Below are positions 1-11,443 of a stretch of 64,000 nucleotides of DNA, piece after piece. This DNA comes from the human T2T-CHM13v2.0 reference genome, Homo sapiens. Position 1 is the first letter of the stretch; every line of letters starts with the position of its first letter. The stretch lies in contig CP086569.2 of assembly GCA_009914755.4 (NCBI GenBank), positions 12,416,001 to 12,480,000 on the forward strand, given 5' to 3'. A program made the translations under genes and the position numbers. Below the pieces are notes generated by a model. It was not told the DNA's origin and did no database searches. It was given only the letters and a program-made list of their open reading frames with translations.

Positions 1-673
1 AATGGAAAGGAATGGAATGAACTCGAATGGAATGTACTCAAATGGAATAGAATAGAATGGAATGGAAGTAAATATAATGGACTCGAATGGAATGGATTGG
101 AATAAATTGGAATTGAATGTATTGGATTCGATTGGAAAGGAATGGAATGGAATGGAATGGATTCGAATGGAATGGAATCGAATGGAATGGAACGAATTGG
201 AATGTAATTGAATGGCGTCGAAAACAGTAGAAAGAAATGAAGTTTAATCGAATGATATCGAATGGAATTGAATGGAATGTACGCGAATGGAATGGACTGG
301 AATGGAATGGACTCTATGGGAATGAAGAGGAGTGGAGTGGACTCGAATGTCATGGAGACGATTGGAATGGAAAGGAATGCAAAGGAATGGAATGGAATGG
401 AATCTGATGCATCGCAATGGAATGGAATGGGGTCGAATGGAATAGAATCGAAAGGAATGGCATCCAATGGAATGGAAACGAATTGAATGGAATGGCATGG
501 AATGGAATGGAAAGGAATATAATGGAAAGGAATCGGATGGAACGGAATGGAATGGAATGGAGTCGAATGGAATAGAATCTAATAGAATTGCATTGATAGG
601 AATGGAATCGAACGGACTCGAAAGGATTGGAGCCTAACAGAAGAGAATCGAACAGAATAGCATCAAATGGAAT

Positions 674-715
674 GGAAATGAATGGAATGGAATGGAATGG
701 AATGGAATGGAATGG
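674..715 (+). repeat. Length-variable pure (AATGG)n tract 1, a fixed HOR position immediately 5' of 'gacacacatgtaatggac'.
   Basis: U1 has a short run. U2 (about 4495-4550), U14 (48921-48970) and U17 (60340-60410) have runs that are longer by whole pentamers. This causes the frame and length changes of the '...MEWNGMEWNGMDTHVMD' ORFs (86, 91, 101, 106 and 111 aa). Confidence 0.85.
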
Positions 716-1430
716 ACACACATGTAATGGACTTGAATGGAATGGAATCAAATAGAATGGACGCGAATGGAATGGTCTCGAATGGAATTTATGAAAATAG
801 AATGGAATCGAAATTCATTGAACATTATGGAATGGAATCAAATGGAATGAAATCGAATGGAAGGAACCGGAATGGAATGTACTGGAATAGAACGGACTCG
901 AATGTTACGGAAAGAAAAGTAAGTGATTCGGATGTCTTTTAATTGAATGGAATGAAATCAAATGGAATGGAAAGGAATAAAATGGAATGGAATGAAATAG
1001 AATGCAATAGAATGGAAGGGAGTGGAGTCGAGTTGAATGGAATCGAATTGAATGGAATAGAATGGAATAGAATCAAATGGAATGGATTCGAATGCAATGG
1101 AACCGAATGGAATGGACTGGAACATAATGGAATCGAAAGGAATGGAAAGGAATTGAATGCAATGGAAAGCAATGGAATCGAATGTAATGGAGTCGTATGT
1201 AGTGGAGTCGAATGGAATGGAATCAAATGGAAGGAAAAGAATACAATCGAATGGAATAGAATAGAATACAACAGAATGAAACGGAGTGGAATCGAGTGGG
1301 ATGGAATAGAATTCAATGGAATGGAAAGGAATGGAATCGAATGGAATGGAATCGAATGGAATGGAACCGAACAAAATGGAATTGAACAGATTAGAATCGA
1401 ATGGATCCGAATCGAATGGAATGGAATATA

Positions 1431-1460
1431 AGGGAATGGAATGGAATGGAATGGACCCAA
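1431..1460 (+). repeat. Length-variable pure (AATGG)n tract 2, 5' of 'gacccaaatgtaatgaactc'.
   Basis: It is short in U1-U9 and expanded in U10 (35757-35800), U12 (42009-42057), U13 (45841-45890) and U14 (49701-49745). Confidence 0.85.
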
Positions 1461-2673
1461 ATGTAATGAACTCTAATGAAATGGACTTTAATAGAATGGA
1501 TTAGAAAACAATGGGCTCGAATGGAATTTAATCAAGTCGAATTTAATGGAATGGAATGGAATGCAAAACTATGGAATAGCATCAAATGGAATGGAACAGA
1601 ATAGAGTGGAATGGAATGGAATACACAGGTATAGAACAGACTCGAATGTAATGGATTGCAATGTAAGTGATTCAAAGGGAATGGAATCAAATGGAATATA
1701 ATCAAATGGAATGGAATGGAGTGCATTGGAATGGAATAAAATGGAATGCAAACAATGGTACAGAACTCATTTGAATCTAGAGGAATGGAATCGAATGCAA
1801 TGGAAAAGAATGGAATGGACACGAATGGAATGGATTGGAAACAAATGGAATGGAAAGGATTTTAATCATACAGAACAAAATAGAATGCAATGGACTCGAA
1901 TGAAATGGAGTCGAAGAGAATAGTATCAAATGGAAAGGAATGGAATGCAATCGAATCGAATGGAATGTTAATGAAATTAATTGAAAGGAATAGAATGGAA
2001 TGAAGTGTAACGGAAAGATATCGAATTGAATGGAATTGAATGGAATGGACACAAACGGAATGGACTGGAATGGAATGAACTCGAAAGGAATGGAATGGAG
2101 CGGAACGGACTCGAGTGCAATGGAATCGAATGGTATAGAATAGAATGGAATGGAATGGAAAGGAATAGAAGGGAATGGAATCGGATCCAACGGGACAGAT
2201 TGGAATGGGGTAGAATTGAATAGAATCGAATGGAATGGCATCGAATGTAATGGAATGGAATGGACTCGAATGGAATGGAGTGACATGTAATGGAATCGAA
2301 AGGAATGGAATCGAATGAAATGGAATTGAATGGAATAGAAAGGAATAGAATGGAATGGAGTTTAATGGAAAGATATTAAAAGTAATGGAATGGAATTGAG
2401 TGGACACGAATGGAATGGACTGGAATGGAAAGGACTCGAATGAAATGGAGCGCATTAGAATGGACTCGAATGGAATGGATTGGAGTGGAATGGTCTCGAA
2501 TGGATTGGAAACGAATGGAATGGAAAGGAGTAGAATGGAATGTAATCAAATGGAACGAAATGGAATGGAATGGATTCGACTGGAACAGAATTGAATGGAG
2601 TGGAATTGATTGGAATGGAATGCAATCGAATGGAATGAACACGAATGGAATAGAATGAAATGAAATGGCATAG

Positions 2674-2741
2674 AATGGAATGGAATGGAATGGAATGGAA
2701 TGGAATGGAATGGAATGGAATGGAATGGAATGGAATGGAAT
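2674..2741 (+). repeat. Length-variable pure (AATGG)n tract 3, lying between 'aaatggcatag' and 'ggcatggcatggaacgtgatgg'.
   Basis: It measures about 68 bp in U1 and about 46 bp in U2 (6510-6555, ending in 'aaggcatggcatgg'). It is longer again in U4 (14132-14190), U8 (29367-29424) and U10 (37017-37076). This explains the 250, 282, 287 and 310 aa variants of the long - strand ORF. Confidence 0.85.
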
Positions 2742-3816
2742 GGCATGGCATGGAACGTGATGGAATGGAATGAAATTGATTGGAATGGGATGGGCCCAAA
2801 AGTAAAGGACTCAAATAAAAGGGACTCAAATAGAATGAATTGGAAAGAAACGGTCTCGAATGTAATTCATTCGAATGGAATGATATTGAATGGAATGCAA
2901 TAGTATGGAATGGTATCGAATAGAATGGAATAGAATGGAATGGAATGGAACGGAATGGAGTGCATTTGAACGGACTCAAATGCAATAAATTGCAATATAA
3001 TTGATTCAAATGGAATGGAATCGAATAGAATGTAAACAAACGGAATGGAAGGCAATGCAATGGAAAGGAATCGAATGAAATGGACCCGAGTGGAATGGAC
3101 TCACATAGAACAGCCTTGAATGTAATGGATGACAATGTATTAGATTCGAAAGGACTGAAATCGAATGGAATGTAATCAAATAGAACGGAATTGAATGCAT
3201 GGAATGGCATAGAAAGTAATGCAATGGAATGGAATAGACTGGAATGGAATGGAATCGGATGGAATGTAATGAAATGTAATGGAAGGAATGCCATGGAATG
3301 GAATGGAATGGAATGCAATGGGCCGGTGTATAATGGAGTGCAATGGAATTCAGTGGAATGTAGTCAATAGGAATGAAATAGAATGGAATTCAATATAAGG
3401 GAATGGCATCCAATGGCAAGGAATGGAGTGGACTCCAATGGAAACAACATGAAAGGAATATAATATAATGGAATGGCATTGAACGAAATGGAAAGCAATG
3501 GAGTTAAAAGGTAAGATATCGAATGGAAAAGAATTGAATGGACTCGAATGGAATATAACGGAATGGAATGGACTCGAATGGAATGTACTAGAGTTGAATG
3601 GAATCGAATGGAATGGAAAACAGTGGAAAGGAAAGGAAGGGAATTGAAAGGAAAGGAATAGAATGGAATGGAATCGGATAGAATGGAATTGAATGGAATG
3701 GAAACTAAAGGAATAGAATAGAAAGGAATGGCATTGAATGGAATGGAATGGAATGGAATCAGATGGAACAGAAAGGAATGGAATAGAATCGAATGGTATG
3801 GCATCGAATGGATTGG

Positions 3817-6800
3817 AATGGAAAGGAATGGAATGAACTCGAATGGAATGTACTCAAATGGAATAGAATAGAATGGAATGGAAGTAAATATAATGGACTC
3901 GAATGGAATGGATTGGAATAAATTGGAATTGAATGTATTGGATTCGATTGGAAAGGAATGGAATGGAATGGAATGGATTCGAATGGAATGGAATCGAATG
4001 GAATGGAACGAATTGGAATGTAATTGAATGGCGTCGAAAACAGTAGAAAGAAATGAAGTTTAATCGAATGATATCGAATGGAATTGAATGGAATGTACGC
4101 GAATGGAATGGACTGGAATGGAATGGACTCTATGGGAATGAAGAGGAGTGGAGTGGACTCGAATGTCATGGAGACGATTGGAATGGAAAGGAATGCAAAG
4201 GAATGGAATGGAATGGAATCTGATGCATCGCAATGGAATGGAATGGGGTCGAATGGAATAGAATCGAAAGGAATGGCATCCAATGGAATGGAAACGAATT
4301 GAATGGAATGGCATGGAATGGAATGGAAAGGAATATAATGGAAAGGAATCGGATGGAACGGAATGGAATGGAATGGAGTCGAATGGAATAGAATCTAATA
4401 GAATTGCATTGATAGGAATGGAATCGAACGGACTCGAAAGGATTGGAGCCTAACAGAAGAGAATCGAACAGAATAGCATCAAATGGAATGGAAATGAATG
4501 GAATGGAATGGAATGGAATGGAATGGAATGGAATGGAATGGAATGGAATGGACACACATGTAATGGACTTGAATGGAATGGAATCAAATAGAATGGACGC
4601 GAATGGAATGGTCTCGAATGGAATTTATGAAAATAGAATGGAATCGAAATTCATTGAACATTATGGAATGGAATCAAATGGAATGAAATCGAATGGAAGG
4701 AACCGGAATGGAATGTACTGGAATAGAACGGACTCGAATGTTACGGAAAGAAAAGTAAGTGATTCGGATGTCTTTTAATTGAATGGAATGAAATCAAATG
4801 GAATGGAAAGGAATAAAATGGAATGGAATGAAATAGAATGCAATAGAATGGAAGGGAGTGGAGTCGAGTTGAATGGAATCGAATTGAATGGAATAGAATG
4901 GAATAGAATCAAATGGAATGGATTCGAATGCAATGGAACCGAATGGAATGGACTGGAACATAATGGAATCGAAAGGAATGGAAAGGAATTGAATGCAATG
5001 GAAAGCAATGGAATCGAATGTAATGGAGTCGTATGTAGTGGAGTCGAATGGAATGGAATCAAATGGAAGGAAAAGAATACAATCGAATGGAATAGAATAG
5101 AATACAACAGAATGAAACGGAGTGGAATCGAGTGGGATGGAATAGAATTCAATGGAATGGAAAGGAATGGAATCGAATGGAATGGAATCGAATGGAATGG
5201 AACCGAACAAAATGGAATTGAACAGATTAGAATCGAATGGATCCGAATCGAATGGAATGGAATATAAGGGAATGGAATGGAATGGAATGGACCCAAATGT
5301 AATGAACTCTAATGAAATGGACTTTAATAGAATGGATTAGAAAACAATGGGCTCGAATGGAATTTAATCAAGTCGAATTTAATGGAATGGAATGGAATGC
5401 AAAACTATGGAATAGCATCAAATGGAATGGAACAGAATAGAGTGGAATGGAATGGAATACACAGGTATAGAACAGACTCGAATGTAATGGATTGCAATGT
5501 AAGTGATTCAAAGGGAATGGAATCAAATGGAATATAATCAAATGGAATGGAATGGAGTGCATTGGAATGGAATAAAATGGAATGCAAACAATGGTACAGA
5601 ACTCATTTGAATGTAGAGGAATGGAATCGAATGCAATGGAAAAGAATGGAATGGACACGAATGGAATGGATTGGAAACAAATGGAATGGAAAGGATTTTA
5701 ATCATACAGAACAAAATAGAATGCAATGGACTCGAATGAAATGGAGTCGAAGAGAATAGTATCAAATGGAAAGGAATGGAATGCAATCGAATCGAATGGA
5801 ATGTTAATGAAATTAATTGAAAGGAATAGAATGGAATGAAGTGTAACGGAAAGATATCGAATTGAATGGAATTGAATGCAATGGACACAAACGGAATGGA
5901 CTGGAATGGAATGAACTGGAAAGGAATGGAATGGAGCGGAACGGACTCGAGTGCAATGGAATCGAATGGTATAGAATAGAATGGAATGGAATGGAAAGGA
6001 ATAGAAGGGAATGGAATCGGATCCAACGGGACAGATTGGAATGGGGTAGAATTGAATAGAATCGAATGGAATGGCATCGAATGTAATGGAATGGAATGGA
6101 CTCGAATGGAATGGAGTGACATGTAATGGAATCGAAAGGAATGGAATCGAATGAAATGGAATTGAATGGAATAGAAAGGAATAGAATGGAATGGAGTTTA
6201 ATGGAAAGATATTAAAAGTAATGGAATGGAATTGAGTGGACACGAATGGAATGGACTGGAATGGAAAGGACTCGAATGAAATGGAGCGCATTAGAATGGA
6301 CTCGAATGGAATGGATTGGAGTGGAATGGTCTCGAATGGATTGGAAACGAATGGAATGGAAAGGAGTAGAATGGAATGTAATCAAATGGAACGAAATGGA
6401 ATGGAATGGATTCGACTGGAACAGAATTGAATGGAGTGGAATTGATTGGAATGGAATGCAATCGAATGGAATGAACACGAATGGAATAGAATGAAATGAA
6501 ATGGCATAGAATGGAATGGAATGGAATGGAATGGAATGGAATGGAATGGAATGGAAAGGCATGGCATGGAACGTGATGGAATGGAATGAAATTGATTGGA
6601 ATGGGATGGGCCCAAAAGTAAAGGACTCAAATAAAAGGGACTCAAATAGAATGAATTGGAAAGAAACGGTCTCGAATGTAATTCATTCGAATGGAATGAT
6701 ATTGAATGGAATGCAATAGTATGGAATGGTATCGAATAGAATGGAATAGAATGGAATGGAATGGAACGGAATGGAGTGCATTTGAACGGACTCAAATGCA

Positions 6801-7632
6801 ATAAATTGCAATATAATTGATTCAAATGGAATGGAATCGAATAGAATGTAAACAAACGGAATGGAAGGCAATGCAATGGAAAGGAATCGAATGAAATGGA
6901 CCCGAGTGGAATGGACTCACATAGAACAGCCTTGAATGTAATGGATGACAATGTATTAGATTCGAAAGGACTGAAATCGAATGGAATGTAATCAAATAGA
7001 ACGGAATTGAATGCATGGAATGGCATAGAAAGTAATGCAATGGAATGGAATAGACTGGAATGGAATGGAATCGGATGGAATGTAATGAAATGTAATGGAA
7101 GGAATGCCATGGAATGGAATGGAATGGAATGCAATGGGCCGGTGTATAATGGAGTGCAATGGAATTCAGTGGAATGTAGTCAATAGGAATGAAATAGAAT
7201 GGAATTCAATATAAGGGAATGGCATCCAATGGCAAGGAATGGAGTGGACTCCAATGGAAACAACATGAAAGGAATATAATATAATGGAATGGCATTGAAC
7301 GAAATGGAAAGCAATGGAGTTAAAAGGTAAGATATCGAATGGAAAAGAATTGAATGGACTCGAATGGAATATAACGGAATGGAATGGACTCGAATGGAAT
7401 GTACTAGAGTTGAATGGAATCGAATGGAATGGAAAACAGTGGAAAGGAAAGGAAGGGAATTGAAAGGAAAGGAATAGAATGGAATGGAATCGGATAGAAT
7501 GGAATTGAATGGAATGGAAACTAAAGGAATAGAATAGAAAGGAATGGCATTGAATGGAATGGAATGGAATGGAATCAGATGGAACAGAAAGGAATGGAAT
7601 AGAATCGAATGGTATGGCATCGAATGGATTGG
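3817..7632 (+). repeat. HOR unit U2 (3816 bp)
   Basis: Landmark ORF offset (4060-243) and a collinear match to U1. It carries the 'atgtagagg' allele and a longer pentamer tract near 4495-4550. Confidence 0.85.
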
Positions 7633-10600
7633 AATGGGAAGGAATGGAATGAACTCGAATGGAATGTACTCAAATGGAATAGAATAGAATGGAATGGAAG
7701 TAAATATAATGGACTCGAATGGAATGGATTGGAATAAATTGGAATTGAATGTATTGGATTCGATTGGAAAGGAATGGAATGGAATGGAATGGATTCGAAT
7801 GGAATGGAATCGAATGGAATGGAACGAATTGGAATGTAATTGAATGGCGTCGAAAACAGTAGAAAGAAATGAAGTTTAATCGAATGATATCGAATGGAAT
7901 TGAATGGAATGTACGCGAATGGAATGGACTGGAATGGAATGGACTCTATGGGAATGAAGAGGAGTGGAGTGGACTGGAATGTCATGGAGACGATTGGAAT
8001 GGAAAGGAATGCAAAGGAATGGAATGGAATGGAATCTGATGCATCGCAATGGAATGGAATGGGGTCGAATGGAATAGAATCGAAAGGAATGGCATCCAAT
8101 GGAATGGAAACGAATTGAATGGAATGGCATGGAATGGAATGGAAAGGAATATAATGGAAAGGAATCGGATGGAACGGAATGGAATGTAATGGAGTCGAAT
8201 GGAATAGAATCTAATAGAATTGCATTGATAGGAATGGAATCGAACGGACTCGAAAGGATTGGAGCCTAACAGAAGAGAATCGAACAGAATAGCATCAAAT
8301 GGAATGGAAATGAATGGAATGGAATGGAATGGAATGGAATGGAATGGAATGGAATGGAATGGACACACATGTAATGGACTTGAATGGAATGGAATCAAAT
8401 AGAATGGACGCGAATGGAATGGTCTCGAATGGAATTTATGAAAATAGAATGGAATCGAAATTCATTGAACATTATGGAATGGAATCAAATGGAATGAAAT
8501 CGAATGGAAGGAACCGGAATGGAATGTACTGGAATAGAACGGACTCGAATGTTACGGAAAGAAAAGTAAGTGATTCGGATGTCTTTTAATTGAATGGAAT
8601 GAAATCAAATGGAATGGAAAGGAATAAAATGGAATGGAATGAAATAGAATGCAATAGAATGGAAGGGAGTGGAGTCGAGTTGAATGGAATCGAATTGAAT
8701 GGAATAGAATGGAATAGAATCAAATGGAATGGATTCGAATGCAATGGAACCGAATGGAATGGACTGGAACATAATGGAATCGAAAGGAATGGAAAGGAAT
8801 TGAATGCAATGGAAAGCAATGGAATCGAATGTAATGGAGTCGTATGTAGTGGAGTCGAATGGAATGGAATCAAATGGAAGGAAAAGAATACAATCGAATG
8901 GAATAGAATAGAATACAACAGAATGAAACGGAGTGGAATCGAGTGGGATGGAATAGAATTCAATGGAATGGAAAGGAATGGAATCGAATGGAATGGAATC
9001 GAATGGAATGGAACCGAACAAAATGGAATTGAACAGATTAGAATCGAATGGATCCGAATCGAATGGAATGGAATATAAGGGAATGGAATGGAATGGAATG
9101 GACCCAAAGGTAATGAACTCTAATGAAATGGACTTTAATAGAATGGATTAGAAAACAATGGGCTCGAATGGAATTTAATCAAGTCGAATTTAATGGAATG
9201 GAATGGAATGCAAAACTATGGAATAGCATCAAATGGAATGGAACAGAATAGAGTGGAATGGAATGGAATACACAGGTATAGAACAGACTCGAATGTAATG
9301 GATTGCAATGTAAGTGATTCAAAGGGAATGGAATCAAATGGAATATAATCAAATGGAATGGAATGGAGTGCATTGGAATGGAATAAAATGGAATGCAAAC
9401 AATGGTACAGAACTCATTTGAATCTAGAGGAATGGAATCGAATGCAATGGAAAAGAATGGAATGGACACGAATGGAATGGATTGGAAACAAATGGAATGG
9501 AAAGGATTTTAATCATACAGAACAAAATAGAATGCAATGGACTCGAATGAAATGGAGTCGAAGAGAATAGTATCAAATGGAAAGGAATGGAATGCAATCG
9601 AATCGAATGGAATGTTAATGAAATTAATTGAAAGGAATAGAATGGAATGAAGTGTAACGGAAAGATATCGAATTGAATGGAATTGAATGGAATGGACACA
9701 AACGGAATGGACTGGAATGGAATGAACTCGAAAGGAATGGAATGGAGCGGAACGGACTCGAGTGTAATGGAATCGAATGGTATAGAATAGAACGGAATGG
9801 AATGGAAAGGAATAGAAGGGAATGGAATCGGATCCAACGGGACAGATTGGAATGGGGTAGAATTGAATAGAATCGAATGGAATGGCATCGAATGTAATGG
9901 AATGGAATGGACTCGAATGGAATGGAGTGACATGTAATGGAATCGAAAGGAATGGAATCGAATGAAATGGAATTGAATGGAATAGAAAGGAATAGAATGG
10001 AATGGAGTTTAATGGAAAGATATTAAAAGTAATGGAATGGAATTGAGTGGACACGAATGGAATGGACTGGAATGGAAAGGACTCGAATGAAATGGAGCGC
10101 ATTAGAATGGACTCGAATGGAATGGATTGGAGTGGAATGGTCTCGAATGGATTGGAAACGAATGGAATGGAAAGGAGTAGAATGGAATGTAATCAAATGG
10201 AACGAAATGGAATGGAATGGATTCGACTGGAACAGAATTGAATGGAGTGGAATTGATTGGAATGGAATGCAATCGAATGGAATGAACACGAATGGAATAG
10301 AATGAAATGAAATGGCATAGAATGGAATGGAATGGAATGGAATGGAATGGAATGGAATGGAATGGAAAGGCATGGCATGGAACGTGATGGAATGGAATGA
10401 AATTGATTGGAATGGGATGGGCCCAAAAGTAAAGGACTCAAATAAATGGGACTCAAATAGAATGAATTGGAAAGAAACGGTCTCGAATGTAATTCATTCG
10501 AATGGAATGATATTGAATGGAATGCAATAGTATGGAATGGTATCGAATAGAATGGAATAGAATGGAATGGAATGGAACGGAATGGAGTGCATTTGAACGG

Positions 10601-11443
10601 ACTCAAATGCAATAAATTGCAATATAATTGATTCAAATGGAATGGAATCGAATAGAATGTAAACAAACGGAATGGAAGGCAATGCAATGGAAAGGAATCG
10701 AATGAAATGGACCCGAGTGGAATGGACTCACATAGAACAGCCTTGAATGTAATGGATGACAATGTATTAGATTCGAAAGGACTGAAATCGAATGGAATGT
10801 AATCAAATAGAACGGAATTGAATGCATGGAATGGCATAGAAAGTAATGCAATGGAATGGAATAGACTGGAATGGAATGGAATCGGATGGAATGTAATGAA
10901 ATGTAATGGAAGGAATGCCATGGAATGGAATGGAATGGAATGCAATGGGCCGGTGTATAATGGAGTGCAATGGAATTCAGTGGAATGTAGTCAATAGGAA
11001 TGAAATAGAATGGAATTCAATATAAGGGAATGGCATCCAATGGCAAGGAATGGAGTGGACTCCAATGGAAACAACATGAAAGGAATATAATATAATGGAA
11101 TGGCATTGAACGAAATGGAAAGCAATGGAGTTAAAAGGTAAGATATCGAATGGAAAAGAATTGAATGGACTCGAATGGAATATAACGGAATGGAATGGAC
11201 TCGAATGGAATGTACTAGAGTTGAATGGAATCGAATGGAATGGAAAACAGTGGAAAGGAAAGGAAGGGAATTGAAAGGAAAGGAATAGAATGGAATGGAA
11301 TCGGATAGAATGGAATTGAATGGAATGGAAACTAAAGGAATAGAATAGAAAGGAATGGCATTGAATGGAATGGAATGGAATGGAATCAGATGGAACAGAA
11401 AGGAATGGAATAGAATCGAATGGTATGGCATCGAATGGATTGG
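7633..11443 (+). repeat. HOR unit U3 (3811 bp)
   Basis: Landmark offset (7876-243). Its first bases show 'ggaatgggaagg' in place of U1 'ggaatggaaagg'. Confidence 0.85.

Larger units (their letters stand above)
1..3816 (+). repeat. HOR unit U1 (3816 bp). The phase is chosen arbitrarily at the window start.
   Basis: The next copy of the first 24 nt 'aatggaaaggaatggaatgaactc' starts at 3817. All internal landmarks are shared with U2-U10 and U12-U17. Confidence 0.85.

Noticed and set aside
1768-1780. An alternating 'ctagagg' / 'gtagagg' allele in U1-U4 (L,V,L,V), which could mark an ancestral dimeric 7.6 kb HOR in the canonical part.
   Set aside because: The alternation does not persist. From U5 onward the order is V,V,L,L,L,L,(U11),V,V,V,L,V. 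The pattern is better explained by local clustering of variants.
2455-3318. Long ORFs of up to 310 aa, for example the 287 aa - strand ORF at 2455..3318 and its copies of 250-310 aa, and the 162-167 aa + strand ORFs 'MNGMKSNGMERNKMEW...'.
   Set aside because: Their composition is pure pentamer periodicity (IPFHS/MEWNG). They overlap ORFs on the opposite strand and in other frames, and they change length only when pentamer tracts expand or contract. They recur once per 3.8 kb HOR. This is what translating (GGAAT)n always produces, so they are not genes.
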